A stretch of DNA of 63,568 nucleotides, filler included, from Octopus bimaculoides (lineage: Eukaryota): assembly GCF_001194135.2 (NCBI RefSeq). It is 11 parts of 9 records of this genome, joined end to end, with 100 filler letters (N's around TTAATTAATTAA, not from the genome) between each part and the next. Parts side by side here need not be neighbours in the genome. Positions count along the whole stretch, not along the records: positions 1 to 3,894 come from NC_068983.1; positions 3,995 to 8,265 come from NW_026380283.1; positions 8,366 to 10,427 come from NW_026381600.1; positions 10,528 to 11,728 come from NW_026384166.1; positions 11,829 to 17,258 come from NC_069010.1; 6 more parts are not named here. The stretch is one strand, 5' to 3'. The notes under the pieces were generated by a model. The model was not told the DNA's origin, searched no databases, and worked only from the letters and a program-made list of their open reading frames with translations. Each line of letters starts with the position of its first letter. Position 1 is the first letter of the stretch. Shown here in pieces: positions 1-12,957 of the stretch. The position numbers were made by a program, and so were the translations under genes.

Positions 1-52
<52 letters not shown>
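1..52. repeat. (AAT)n microsatellite, forming the 3' (ATT)n tail of the adjacent minus-strand SINE
   Basis: Perfect AAT run that abuts the SINE 3' end at 53. Confidence 0.95.
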
Positions 53-55
<3 letters not shown>

Positions 56-228
56 TCCTTTTTACTATAGGCACAGGGGCAGAAAGTAGGGAAAGGGTAT
101 AGTCGATTACATGGACACCAGTACTCGACTGATAGATTTTTTCATCGATCCCAAAAGAATGAACAGCATAGTTGACCCCGGCGGAATTTGAACTCAGATT
201 GTAGCAACGCGTGGTATGCCGCTAAGTA
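53..228 (-). mobile_element. tRNA-derived SINE, family B (5'-truncated, decayed)
   Basis: Contains the reverse complement of a B-box-like GAGTTCAAATTCCGCCG followed by GGGTCAACT...GATCGATGAAAAA...AGTACTGG. The same body recurs at 470, 43897, 44165, 44320, 49541 and 51310. It resembles the described octopus tRNA-derived SINEs (OK/OR1/OR2); the family name is not verified. Confidence 0.75.
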
Positions 229-469
229 TACCAAAAATAAAGAAGAGAAGAAATGCATTCCTTAACAGAAACTGCAAATCTCTTCAGCAAAGATATAGTA
301 TGGAATTTGACATAGATAAGAGCGAAATATTAGTCATAGAAAGGGACAAGTAGTCAGCATTTAAGGCATTAAAGAGAAGCTACTTGACATCTAAGTAGCC
401 GGATATTGGGTATGTTTTCCAAAAGTCTAATCTGTTGTGTGTATATGAACTAATAGTAACGATAATATT

Positions 470-678
470 AATTTTAAATTTTGGCACAAGGTCAGCAATT
501 GCGCAAAATGGGGTAAGTCAATGACATTGACCCTATTGTTCAACCGGTACTTATTTTATCGACTTTGAAATGATGGAAAGCGAAGTTGACCTCGGAGGAA
601 TTTGAAATTAGAAAAGACTGACGAAATGTCACTAAGCATTCTTTCCCGGCGTACTTACAATACTGCCAGCTCACTGCC
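470..678 (-). mobile_element. tRNA-derived SINE, family B
   Basis: Minus strand reads GGCAGTGAGCTGGCAG...AATGCTTAG...TTCAAATTCCTCCGAGGTCAACTTCGC...GTCGATAAAATAAGTACCGGTTG, then an AT-rich tail. Confidence 0.8.
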
Positions 679-1710
679 TTGCGGTTTCCGACATAATGAA
701 CCATTGTTCACGAATGCAAGACGATACAACTGACGACATTCTATGAATTACGTGACAAATTTCGAAAAACTAAATAAATCATGTTATTACATTCTTATAT
801 TCATTGACTACTTTAGCTAGAGATGCATTCTATTATCGTTTTACGCATTTGGTTATCAACATATGTTAGTTGTAATATTTGTGTGCTGATTCAGGCAATA
901 TGTATTACGCCTGTCAGCTTTTATTCCCATTACGAACCATTACTCTTATACGTATTTGCATTTTAGATACACAGCTACAAACCCAAAGCTTTCAAGTTCC
1001 TCATCCAATAAATGTAAGCCTTCAGCCATATTATTTACTTTTGCATGACCTTTTACGAACATTCATTTCAGTCCATTCCTTGAATTTATCTGGTGCAGAA
1101 ATATATTCTGGGAAGTTAATTGGACATATCCTGTTATTTTATTTCTCTCGAAGAATCAGCATGTGGCACTCAACTTTGCAAAATATATAAAATAATATTA
1201 ATGAAAATGAATGTCTTTAAAAATGATTCTGTTTGAAACGCGTACTTCACATCCCATATGAATTCATGCATACACGCATATCTGCATATATANNNNNNNN
1301 NNNNNNNNNNNNNNNNNNNNNNNNNNNNNNNNNNNNNNNNNNNNNNNNNNNNNNNNNNNNNNNNNNNNNNNNNNNNNNNNNNNNNNNNNNNNNNNNNNNN
1401 NNNNNNNNNNNNNNNNNNNNNNNNNNNNNNNNNNNNNNNNNNNNNNNNNNNNNNNNNNNNNNNNNNNNNNNNNNNNNNNNNNNNNNNNNNNNNNNNNNNN
1501 NNNNNNNNNATATATATATATATACATATACACGAATACACACATATACACGCAGACATTTATGTACACACACATAGTTATGTATGTATGTGCGTATATT
1601 ATGAGCCGATTTTTTTTATTTTTCTTCCCTTGTAGATTCTCTACAGCAGAATTGCTTAGTAATCTCCTTTCAGAGTTATTCATTTTTATCGTTGTTTTCC
1701 TTATCTTCAG

Positions 1711-1724
1711 ATAATGATGGAGAA
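1711..1724 (+). CDS. Candidate 14-nt micro-exon (xNDGE in phase 1)
   Basis: Long polypyrimidine tract ending TCTTCAG at 1710, exon ATAATGATGGAGAA, perfect donor GTAAGT at 1725. No homology evidence. Confidence 0.35.
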
Positions 1725-2688
1725 GTAAGTTTTTTTTCATTATTATCTGAAATTAAGGTATTATCAGTTTTTCTTTAGTTTTACTGAACAGAATTCTGCA
1801 CTAAGTACAACCATCATGTTTATGCTGTTTCATTACTCGGCTGATCTGTGGGAAAACAAACTTATTAATATTGCATTTACTGTTTCTTTAGAAATGCTAA
1901 ATTGTATTTTGTATTGTTACAACATACAAAAACATCCGTAGGTTTTCAGTACCATATTTTAAAAAAATAATTTCTGCCTTAATATATTTTTTTATAATTT
2001 ATTAATATTCATCTTTTTTTTTTCTATCCTTATTGTAAATAAGTTTGGAGACTTTAAAACGAGTTGTTAAATACTGTTTTCTCCCGCTTCTCTAATAAAC
2101 AAGAGAAATAAGTGGTAAATTCCTGCTCATGTAAGACAAATTTAATAATATTTTAGAATTGATTTTTTTCGCAAATGTAGGAAAGGAATTATCAAATAAG
2201 ACATACCAAAGAAGATGCTAAATGCGAACTGTTTAAAAAAACAGGTTGTATGAATTAGTGGATAATGAATAGAACCTGAAAAAAAGAGAAACATATTATT
2301 ATTATTATTACCTTATTTTATTTTATTTTATTGGTATTCATGAAGTATATAAGTTTCAAGCACATTGCGCTTTCTGGCAGCGCAATATGCTCGTATTAAA
2401 TTTTTCTGTCTCAATTCATTTGGATGTCTCTTTCTGTTTATCCCTGCTTTATACGTTTTAGATATTTCTCTCGTTAACTCTGTACGTCTGGATTACAGTA
2501 TAATTTACGAAATGTTTGTAAACCATTATAAAATTAAATCCTGCAAACTTACTTACTGCTTACCGTGAAATAAATCATAAATTAACATGACTTTTAAAAT
2601 ATAGATACCTTATGCAGTGCAAGCACATACCTCTAACGCAGAATTTTGTTATGAGACGCGATTTTCCATCGGCTTCTCTGGTACATAG

Positions 2689-2717
2689 ATGGAAATGAAC
2701 GTGATAGTCCAAATTAC
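2689..2717 (+). CDS. Candidate 29-nt exon (MEMNVIVQI or DGNERDSPNY)
   Basis: Acceptor TTCTCTGGTACATAG and donor GTATGT; two frames are open. Confidence 0.22.
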
Positions 2718-3760
2718 GTATGTTTAGCATTTCACGATCCCAGTATGTAGTAAGATATGTACGAAGGGAAAAGAGATTATAAATATTTGTCGTCGTGACT
2801 ATTCAGTTAACGAATATCATCAGCATACTTCAGCTACCATAATTTTATTGAAAACATGCTCTATTTTTATTGAAAAATATCACACCATTTCACCCAAAAC
2901 TTAAACATGATCCGTTCATATCACGTCAGTTGTTGAACATCGTTTTCATGGAGGATATACAATGCCAAAAACTCATTTACCGCTTCCATTAGCATTGCAT
3001 CCTAACGGATAGCTCCTCCTCTTTTGAGGTTTAGGAGCTAATTCATCACCACCAACTATTGATATTCTGCAAAGCTCAGAGTGTTGCTGCTACACGTACA
3101 CATATAGATCGAATCCCGAAAGTGGGCATCTAATTTATTGACATAAAGTCACTTACAGATACCTGTTTTGCCCTGGCGCAGAGCCATGATTTCTTTCCTT
3201 ACCTTTTCTATTGCAACTATATAAGACATTGCTTCTCGGAATCCTTTGTGTTCATATCCACTCCTCTCGGATTTTGCCGTCCTATTCAAAATTCCACTCC
3301 TGATCTTTACTATTTCCATGTTCCAAAATTTACGTCTAAGTATAATAGCATATTTGCAGACCGTAAATTCTGTTATTTTCTTCGTCATATTCGCTACATT
3401 TGTTGCAAATGAATAATAGCGCTTATAGCCATTCATATTCATATCGTATAAACATTATTAGTACACTGTTTCAACTTCAATTTGTTTGGTTTTTTAACGG
3501 TTGCATTATGTAACAAGCTTGAGTTCCTGGTGTTTATTTCTTTGTTTCTGTTATTTATATTATGCTTTTAAACTTTCGCTTGTTTCGTCCATCACACTAT
3601 GGCCGAGCTGGTGGGGGGGGGCTCGTTTCTTCCTCCACGTGATATAGTCCAATGAAGAGTTTTGATGGAACATCTGGAGTATAAGAGAATTTTACATCGC
3701 TGCCCTAAACTGTGTCTCATTTCGAGCCATTGGTTCGTCTGGTATAGTGGAGAGGATATA

Positions 3761-3894
3761 TATTTATCTATATATATATGTATGTATGTATATATATACA
3801 TATATGTATGTATTTATCTATATATATATGTATGTATGTATATATATACATATATGTATGTATTTATCTATATATATATGTATGTATGTATATA
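3761..3894. repeat. 50-bp-period AT-rich minisatellite (~2.7 copies)
   Basis: TATTTATCTATATATATATGTATGTATGTATATATATACATATATGTATG repeats exactly until the gap. Confidence 0.85.
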
Positions 3895-3938
3895 NNNNNN
3901 NNNNNNNNNNNNNNNNNNNNNNNNNNNNNNNNNNNNNN

Positions 3939-3950
3939 TTAATTAATTAA
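3939..3950. other. Assembly gap linker TTAATTAATTAA (six-frame stop); also at 8310, 10472, 11773, 17303, 19177, 31131, 55719, 58338, 60720
   Basis: The identical 12-mer always sits in the middle of an N run (here 44 N + 12 + 44 N = 100 nt). Confidence 0.97.
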
Positions 3951-3994
3951 NNNNNNNNNNNNNNNNNNNNNNNNNNNNNNNNNNNNNNNNNNNN

Positions 3995-4310
3995 GATTGG
4001 AGAGATTTTGGGTGCTTCCTTTAGGCTGTATGTCTCTGGTTTCTTTTGGCCCAAACATAGACAGCTCTATTATGTTGTGATCCGAAACTAATGTCGGCGT
4101 CACTTTCACATCATGAATGATGTCCGTATTGTTCGTGAAGCAGAGATCTAGAATGTTATTCGCTCTAGTTGGTCTGAGAACAGTTTGCTCCATGAATAGG
4201 GCATTGGTGAGGTTGAGCAGGCATTCCACCTGTGCTTGCTTGCGATATGTCATTCCTGAGAGTATGAGACCTTCGGGCCATTTGACGTTGGGGAAGTTGA
4301 AATCACCCAT
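3995..4310 (-). mobile_element. CR1/L2-type non-LTR retrotransposon, APE endonuclease fragment
   Basis: Translation MGDFNFPNVKW...PTRANNILDLCFTNN...LVSDHNIIE carries the GDFN, ILDL and SDH motifs of LINE apurinic-like endonucleases. Confidence 0.88.
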
Positions 4311-4357
4311 AAGAAATATCTATGTACATATATGAATAAATCTATATGTATATAAAT

Positions 4358-4407
<50 letters not shown>

Positions 4408-5959
4408 TTATGCAACTGTGGGTATTTCTGTACATTAGAAATATTCATGAAGCGTATCATTGTTGTCGCGTTGGTTTGTTTTTTGTTTGTTTCATCTAAT
4501 TTTCATATAATCCATTCGCAGCTTCACTACATTTTCTATACGAGAATGAATATTCACTGTTGTAGTTTGTAGACTCTAAATTTATTCATGCTGTGAATCT
4601 GAACGGTGATCTGACAACTTTGAATATTTAGCTCTAATTTTTCCAGGTCTGGCCAAAGAGGTCTTGGCTATTGTGTTGGTTATGTATATATTGGCGTTGC
4701 ACACGTACTGAATTCAAATATTGTCCTTTCAAACATTTGGCTCACATCCCGGGCATAGTTTTACTCTGAGTTTATGATTAGCTGTAGCTTATCTGCGTTG
4801 TGTAGAATACTCTGATCTTTAAACTATTAATAGCAAGTTGTAATTTTTGCAGTATCGCCTCCACTTCATCAACTGCTTTCAAGGTAAAACTTATATTTTT
4901 ATGGTGTTTTTTTTTTTTTAAATTAATGTTAGTTGATCAGATTTTGTGATGGAATCAACTATCGAAAACACGCGTACTCGAGAATGAACCCAAATTTAAG
5001 ATCGCTAAACTAAGACGTTTCCCTCCTAGAGATCTGGCTTAAATATTTGAAGCTTTCCAAGCTGTAAATAATCTAGTAAAGATGTGTCTACATGTTTAAT
5101 CTGTCTATTGATACGTATAGAATTTTAGTATTTAAATAGTAATACAATGAGGACAAGGTTTCTTTTTATCAAGAGAGGCATTGATTCATATTTCGATGAC
5201 CCAAATAGTTTTTCAATCATTCCCAGCGTCCCTTATCCTAGGCTCACGAAACGATTCGTCTTGTCTCGTCAAGCTAGAGACACATTTCATTTACAGAGGT
5301 CATATAAGAAGAATATCTCGGTTATACATGAAAAATAAGAACTTATGTAAACTAATTCTTTTGCTATGCGGCATTGATCTACTGCCGGATCTCAAATTAG
5401 GAAGAAGACTTTAAAAACTTTTCAGCATTTTCCATGCATATATTTGAATTAGATCGTTGCTTGCATTCGGTGGGCAAATTGTGGTAAATACTAATTTAGT
5501 ATCAATGCTGTGACGTATACCACCCAGCCAACGGTACTCTCTCTGAGTATGGAAAAAGTACAATAACTATTGCGAAACAGGAGAATTCTGTGTTTAAAAT
5601 AAGTCGATTGCTTACCTGACAAATCTGCATTTAGAAAACTACTATTTTAAAATCTAACAACGTGAGATAATCAGCAATGATACTTTGTAGTAAAGATTGT
5701 TTGCCAACATAACATGGCAGTCCTACATATCGTGGTTTGTTGGTTATTTCTCTTCATCAGCACAGAATAATTGTTTTGCGCTATCGTTTCAGCTGAGTGG
5801 GGGTGCAGGATTCCCTTGTTCGAAAATATAAGGACACAGATCGTGTCGTATAGCCAGCTGCAGACGATGTCTCCTGGGGCTAAATTACAGCAATATTAGT
5901 CCTAACCTGACATTATCCACAAAATCACTTTGAGGACAATCTGCGGTTATTCACTAAAC

Positions 5960-6435
5960 GACATAGTTTCTAATGCCGTCTTATTTAGCAAGTGTACGAT
6001 TGGGGAATTCAGAACTTCCTCATACAATTACAATTGCACTGGGCTGGCCATATCGTCAGAATGAGTGACGAAAGGATACCCAAAGTCCTCATGTACAGCC
6101 AGCTTGAGTGAGAGCACAGGAATGTTAGTTGACTATGGTTAAAAATATAAGGACAAGCTGAAGGGTAACCTCTTAGAGATGAAGATAGCTTACAGCACCT
6201 TTGAGCGAACAACCTTGGTGCAAACAAATGGAGATCGTTGTGCGAATTTGGTATTAAAAACTTTGTTGCAACCAGCATTAACAGGCTTCAGAGTGCAAGG
6301 CAAAGGAGAAAAGCGGCTGCAAATATATTACCTACACTCACCTGTAATACTCAAGCTTGCACGATCTGTGGCCTTCTTTGCAAATCGTTGGCAGGACTTA
6401 AACGTCACATTCGACATACGCATTATGACAGATAA
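5960..6435 (+). mobile_element. RTE-BovB-type LINE, ORF C-terminus (frameshifted)
   Basis: QLHWAGHIVRMSDERIPKVLMYSQL...KYKDKLK...KWRSLCE...CTICGLLCKSLAGLKRHIR* matches the RWAGHV.RM...R.PK motif and the terminal CxxC...H finger typical of RTE-BovB. Confidence 0.88.
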
Positions 6436-6615
6436 AGAAAGAGTACTTTGTCGGAGCTTCATACATCGAAACCGACCAGAGACTCCAACATATATATATA
6501 TATATATATGTGCTTGCTTCCTTTCATGTGGTTTTATGTATACTATCTATTTAACATTAAGACGAAGGACCACTCAATACTTTTAGTTCGCGGCCTATTA
6601 ATTTATTTTTATAAG

Positions 6616-6699
6616 GGAAAGTTTCAGAACGACTGCGATATCTTTGCGCACAAACACAAACTTGGAAGTTATTGCGAACTTGTTCGTGAAAAAGTCATT
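6616..6699 (+). CDS. Candidate 84-nt symmetric exon (GKFQNDCDIFAHKHKLGSYCELVREKVI or ESFRTTAISLRTNTNLEVIANLFVKKS)
   Basis: T-rich acceptor TTTATTTTTATAAG (alternative TTTCAG at 6627 gives 72 nt), donor GTAAGT at 6700, two open frames, unique sequence. Confidence 0.3.
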
Positions 6700-7152
6700 G
6701 TAAGTGTATGCGCGCGCGCAAGCGTGTGTGTGTGTGTAAAGTGGGAAAGTGATACCATTTAAAAACTAATACCAAAACATACTTCCGCATTATACTCGAT
6801 AAACGTACATTTACGTTATATAGCGTAGTAAATTTCGTAGACATCTGAAGGAGCAAATTTATACTTTTAGACACATACGATATTTCACATGTGAAGTCTT
6901 GAAAAATCTGAATGCATCATCATAGTGTAAATTATGTTCCAATCTTTTCAAATATAGAAATATACTTTTATACATATGTGTGTATGTACGTATGTATATG
7001 TCTAAGTGCTAATGTGTGTGTGCGTTTGTACAGGCACGTGCGTGTGTTAGTATATATATAAATATAAAAATATACTTGTATATATATACATATTTATCTA
7101 GTGTCTTTATTTCACTGTCTCATACTTATATACATGGAATCATACATACATA

Positions 7153-7212
<60 letters not shown>

Positions 7213-7974
7213 ACACTCGTAGGTTTATATTAAGTGTATATCAAATGAAATCTGAAATATCACAGACACGTAGCGACTGGAGCAGAATTGTATCATTTCA
7301 ACGTCTTTCTTTCTGCTGGTCATGTTTCAAAGTTAATGTCTGCGATTCTTTTATCCAAATATCACGTTAATGGTAAAGAGCAGTCTCTTGGTTTGTTTTT
7401 CAACACTTGATGATTCATCCTTTTAAATGATCGTGGTCCGGTAATAAAAACCGGTGTACTGTAGGATTACAATGTACTCTACGTCTACTTATGTGCGTCA
7501 TAAGCTTCAATTTTTTTAGGATATTCTTTCATCTTCATCTCTAATACGTGTACACATCAATTATGTATAAAGCAGCGACAACTGACTTGCGACTGTGAGC
7601 CGTCATTCAACCCTATAACGGGACGTCGTTGCGGCTACACGAACCGCGGAAAAATGTAGACACCCCATTTAATATCACATATTATCCTGTTTGAAAAAAA
7701 GATAAAATCTTTTTCTATGACCCTATGTTTTACCGAAAATATGTGATAATTAATTACTTATATTCACCATTTTTGCATCAAATCATTACTTGTGATGAGA
7801 AATAGATACTCTTTGACCCCACCAGGAGAGCAGGGCAGTGATTAGATGCAGGAGAGTTACCAAAACACTACCCAAACCAACCATTGTACTCTAAAAATGT
7901 TGTGGTCACTGTATGTCTGCGAAGAGAGTTATTCATTATTAATTTTTGCAACAAGGAAAAAAACGATAACAGTT

Positions 7975-8265
7975 CTGGGTTGGGTAACACAGGTCTCCTT
8001 GTAGGATCTTAAAACTGTCCAACCATTTACTCTTCCGACCTTCGGGCTCTGTTCTCTGGATCTAACTAGAACTCCCTATCTTTCGCCCTGTGATATCGTT
8101 GATTATCGTCCATCTATCTTTACACCTAGACCCGTCAACCCTTCTCTCCACACTTTTGATCTTCTCCATCAGTGCCTCCTCTCTAGCCTCACTGTATTCG
8201 GTACAGAGTTATTCCTCCGTCACCTCAACGTTCTTCTTCCTCTCCTCCGTACGATCAGCAAGAAA
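7975..8265 (-). mobile_element. RTE/RTEX-like LINE fragment (EN-RT linker)
   Basis: Minus translation EALMEKIKSVERRVDGSRCKDRWTIINDITGRKIGSSS*IQRTEPEGRKSKWLDSFKILQG resembles the W..IN.ITGRK....W..HF..LLG linker of RTE-group elements; contains in-frame stops. Confidence 0.6.
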
Positions 8266-8399
8266 NNNNNNNNNNNNNNNNNNNNNNNNNNNNNNNNNNN
8301 NNNNNNNNNTTAATTAATTAANNNNNNNNNNNNNNNNNNNNNNNNNNNNNNNNNNNNNNNNNNNNATATACATATATATATATATATATATATGTATGT

Positions 8400-8560
8400 A
8401 GAGCCACCACTTAAGCATTATTGTTCCCAAGACTATTTAACGCAGAATAATACCACCTGTTAGGATCCCAGCCATGCGTTAACTGGTAGGTGAACCACTG
8501 ACACTGAAGGTCGACCGGTTCTTGTTAAAAATTCCTGGAAGTAGAAGGTGAACCCGTAAT
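8400..8560 (+). mobile_element. CR1-like LINE 3' end, decayed
   Basis: SIIVPKTI...TLKVDRFLLKIPG resembles the CR1 terminal motif (GPRLFN.LP...FK..LDKFL..IPD). Confidence 0.4.
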
Positions 8561-8839
8561 GAAGACCTGAAGCACAGTTCGTTTCAGGTCGCCTCAACTT
8601 CTTCTTGTGCCATAGCTGTTAAAACTGGTTCATCTGAAATATGGGTTTAGTACAGTGCAAACTTTTATCGACTCCAAATACGTTCGAGCACAGCAACTGC
8701 TCTGAACGTTTGCACGGACTTCTCATTAGTCCGAAAATTGGTCTTACTCGTTCACGAGTTCAGTCCCGCCAGGCAATGTATGGATGCATTTATATATGCA
8801 CGTATACATGCATCTGCTCTATAAGCATGTATGTAGGAT

Positions 8840-8891
<52 letters not shown>

Positions 8892-10131
8892 NNNNNNNNN
8901 NNNNNNNNNNNNNNNNNNNNNNNNNNNNNNNNNNNNNNNNNNNNNNNNNNNNNNNNNNNNNNNNNNNNNNNNNNNNNNNNNNNNNNNNNNNNNNNNNNNN
9001 NNNNNNNNNNNNNNNNNNNNNNNNNNNNNNNNNNNNNNNNNNNNNNNNNNNNNNNNNNNNNNNNNNNNNNNNNNNNNNNNNNNNNNNNNNNNNNNNNNNN
9101 NNNNNNNNNNNNNNNNNNNNNNNNNNNNNNNNNNNNNNNNNNNNNNNNNNNNNNNNNNNNNNNNNNNNNNNNNNNNNNNNNNNNNNNNNNNNNNNNNNNN
9201 NNNNNNNNNNNNNNNNNNNNNNNNNNNNNNNNNNNNNNNNNNNNNNNNNNNNNNNNNNNNNNNNNNNNNNNNNNNNNNNNNNNNNNNNNNNNNNNNNNNN
9301 NNNNNNNNNNNNNNNNNNNNNNNNNNNNNNNNNNNNNNNNNNNNNNNNNNNNNNNNNNNNNNNNNNNNNNNNNNNNNNNNNNNNNNNNNNNNNNNNNNNN
9401 NNNNNNNNNNNNNNNNNNNNNNNNNNNNNNNNNNNNNNNNNNNNNNNNNNNNNNNNNNNNNNNNNNNNNNNNNNNNNNNNNNNNNNNNNNNNNNNNNNNN
9501 NNNNNNNNNNNNNNNNNNNNNNNNNNNNNNNNNNNNNNNNNNNNNNNNNNNNNNNNNNNNNNNNNNNNNNNNNNNNNNNNNNNNNNNNNNNNNNNNNNNN
9601 NNNNNNNNNNNNNNNNNNNNNNNNNNNNNNNNNNTGTAAGCTTCAAATAAATATGTACACAAACTCACGAACGCATGGGTTTGAAAATCTTTACGCGTTC
9701 ATGTGAACTTATTTTAGGTTAGATATAACAAATCTGCTACAATTGTTTCGTTGTAAATAATAATAGAAAAAAAAACATATTAATTGCAACCTTGTTTTAA
9801 TTAGATTTATTCCGCCAATTTTTTGGAAAGTCAACTTCTTAAATAATGGTTAAAATAGGTAAAACGACTGTGGATAATATCATCAAGCAGTACAATAAAC
9901 ACGGGCATATATTTATCGTTTGGCCAAGAGAGAAGGTCACTAATGATAATCCTTTTCAAGCAGAAATTTGGATGGATTAACAACTTATGCAATGAATTTC
10001 GAAAATTGGTGATTTTAGGTCACGTAACCCCGATAGGAACGATGATTGTAAGCAATTAGTAGCCATATATTAAATTCCACTATTCTATTAGATGATGTTA
10101 TTTTCTTTTCTCTCTTCCTTTATATATGAAG

Positions 10132-10166
10132 CACCGACTCCAGGGGAAGGAAATGGACAGAACCAG
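10132..10166 (+). CDS. Candidate 35-nt exon (all three frames open; e.g. TDSRGRKWTEP or HRLQGKEMDRT)
   Basis: Preceded by TTTTCTTTTCTCTCTTCCTTTATATATGAAG, followed by CAG|GTATAA; a GC-richer island within AT-rich flanks. Confidence 0.3.
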
Positions 10167-10526
10167 GTATAAAGAACTCCAAAATAAAACTTTCTTTCAC
10201 GATCCCGTTCCTTCAACTCTTTCAGGTTCACAGAACAGGATCCATGTACACACTCATACAAATAAAAATGAATCTCTTCTTTCATTTACATACATATTAA
10301 TGTTAAGACATGAGCAATACTTCTGTATACTTACATTTAAGTATAAATTTATGTACTTAAATTACGACAATTATACACAGACATCACACATATGTTCATA
10401 TATATATGTATATACATGTATACATACNNNNNNNNNNNNNNNNNNNNNNNNNNNNNNNNNNNNNNNNNNNNTTAATTAATTAANNNNNNNNNNNNNNNNN
10501 NNNNNNNNNNNNNNNNNNNNNNNNNN

Positions 10527-10560
10527 NGGACGTTAAACGATGATGATGATGATGATGATA
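10527..10560 (+). mobile_element. RTE LINE extreme 3' end with (GAT)n tail
   Basis: GGACGTTAAACGATGATGATG..., the reverse complement of the tails at 10735, 14347 and 15867. Confidence 0.75.
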
Positions 10561-10689
10561 TATATGTATATATGTATGTGTGTATTGTGTGTGTATATTT
10601 ACACACACATACACATGAAATGTGTACATATGTGAAACATATTCGCAAAAAGTATTTAGGAAGTGATTTGGACCATGACGACCCATCAA

Positions 10690-10915
10690 ACTCTTGCCAG
10701 CATGGAAAAGTAGATGTAAAATGGTGATGCTGATCATCATCATCATCATCATCATCGTTTAACGTCTGCTTTCCATGCTANNNNNNNNNNNNNNNNNNNN
10801 NNNNNNNNNNNNNNNNNNNNNNNNNNNNNNNNNNNNNNNNNNNNNNNNNNNNNNNNNNNNNNNNNNNGTTTCTACAGCTGGATGCCCTTCCTAACGCCAA
10901 CCACTCAGAGAGTGG
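10690..10915. mobile_element. Two RTE 3' ends joined tail-to-tail (+ copy 10690-10734; - copy 10735-10915 across a gap)
   Basis: AGCATGGAAAAGTAGATGTAAAATGGTGATG is followed by CATCATCGTTTAACGTCTGCTTTCCATGCTA...GTTTCTACAGCTGGATGCCCTTCCTAACGCCAACCACTC. Confidence 0.75.
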
Positions 10916-11696
10916 AAATATACGTGTGCATGTGTGTATATGTGCATATATATAGATATATATATATATACACATACATGCACATGCTCACACATATGTG
11001 TGTGTGTGTGTGTGTGTGTGTATGAATATTATACATATAAATGTACATACATATAGAGGCATACATACATATGTACATGTGTATATGTGGTGGGGGGTTG
11101 TATATATGCATGCATCTATACATAAGCAAGCATATGTCTATACATATAAATGTATATATATATATATATATNNNNNNNNNNNNNNNNNNNNNNNNNNNNN
11201 NNNNNNNNNNNNNNNNNNNNNNNNNNNNNNNNNNNNNNNNNNNNNNNNNNNNNNNNNNNNNNNNNNNNNNNNNNNNNNNNNNATCTACATGTGTATATAC
11301 ATGCATATCAGGGTACAGGACATTAGAACAATGAACTATATATATATAACACGCATATATATGTTTGTGTGTATATATTTGTTTACCTGTATGTATATTA
11401 GTATAATTATATTATATCGTGTACATACATACATACATACATACATACATACACATTTATAGAAGTGGTTTTTGTCATCTGTTACAGCTGACAGTCAAAT
11501 TGCACCTGGAAAGGTCCTCTCCAAGGCACAGTCTTTTGCAAGGCTTTCTCTGGCAGACAAGCAATGGTCCTCACAGCACACACATGCACACACACACACA
11601 CAAACACACATCACAGACACACACAGATACAAACACATACACCAAATGTATATATATATATAAATAAATATAAATATATGTGTGTGCGTGTGTGTG

Positions 11697-11728
<32 letters not shown>

Positions 11729-12198
11729 NNNNNNNNNNNNNNNNNNNNNNNNNNNNNNNNNNNNNNNNNNNNTTAATTAATTAANNNNNNNNNNNNNNNN
11801 NNNNNNNNNNNNNNNNNNNNNNNNNNNNTATAAACACATACCGATGTGTATACACGGACACACACACACACAAACAAACATGTGCTTGGACATACACAAA
11901 CACATGCAGACAAATGTGTATACGGATATATGCACTTACTAATGTGTATACACACACACATCTACAAATATGTGTATATATACAGTTACACACATACATA
12001 CACATATCAACATCTGTAAACCCACACACACATACACATACACACATCCTTAATGTGTGTAGTTATCAACACATATACCAACATTTGCATACACAACCAC
12101 ATAGAAACACACACACATGCATATGTGCACATACATACACACACCAACATCTATATACACAGGTGTACACACATACACACATATACACATACACATCA

Positions 12199-12302
12199 AC
12201 ATCTGTATATACAGGCATACACACACACACACTGACATCTGTATATACAGGCACACACACACAGAAACATCTGTATATACAGGCATACACACACACACAC
12301 AC
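12199..12302. repeat. ~34-bp minisatellite, 3 copies (ACATCTGTATATACAGGCA + CA run)
   Basis: The core recurs at 12199, 12235 and ~12267. Confidence 0.8.
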
Positions 12303-12590
12303 ACGAATCATGTAATGTAGGCACTTTTAAACTGCCTGCCACCATCTTGTACCTCTTCCTCTCCCTGCCACTCACAGCTGTTTGGTCAATGACTTCTCAT
12401 AGAAACACACAACTGGAGTTACTATCATTTATTACTGGAACACACCAACACCAACACCAGTAGCTACTGCTACTACTACTGCCACCACAGAATGGTAACG
12501 TTATTGTTGTTGCTATTACAGTGATCAATCGATCGATCAAACTGGTCCAGGGACCAATGAAGAAATAGATCGAAAGAATTAGAAAACTAT

Positions 12591-12625
<35 letters not shown>

Positions 12626-12778
12626 ATATAACCACCACTACTACTACTACTACCACGAACAACCTTAGCAGAAAAGGCTTCAGCACCACTACCAGATGGC
12701 CAAATATATATAAACACATGTTTATAAATAAATATGCAAGTCTAAATATACATGCATATATACATTTTCATCACCTTC

Positions 12779-12838
<60 letters not shown>

Positions 12839-12957
12839 ATATATATACATGTATGCATTATATGTATACAGAAGTCTATATATACATATGTACACACATA
12901 CATAAACATAAACACATACATGCATATATATATATGCATGTATATCTCAAGGAGACT

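Noticed and set aside
3149-3442. 97-aa minus-strand ORF as a gene exon
   Set aside because: No recognisable domain and no good acceptor site. It lies among decayed LINE fragments and is probably a remnant or chance ORF.
3939-3950. Recurrent palindrome TTAATTAATTAA (10 occurrences) as a biological motif
   Set aside because: It always sits at the centre of a fixed-length N block, so it is a scaffolding linker with stops in six frames.
8641-9706. Long ORFs of 130-416 aa in the ORF track (here and at ~23.7, 25.6, 26.8, 35.9, 42.5, 46.0, 54.3, 56.6 and 61.2 kb)
   Set aside because: They run through N gaps and (TA)/(CA)/(CT) repeats (YIYI, HTHT, CVCV, LSLS) and are not coding.
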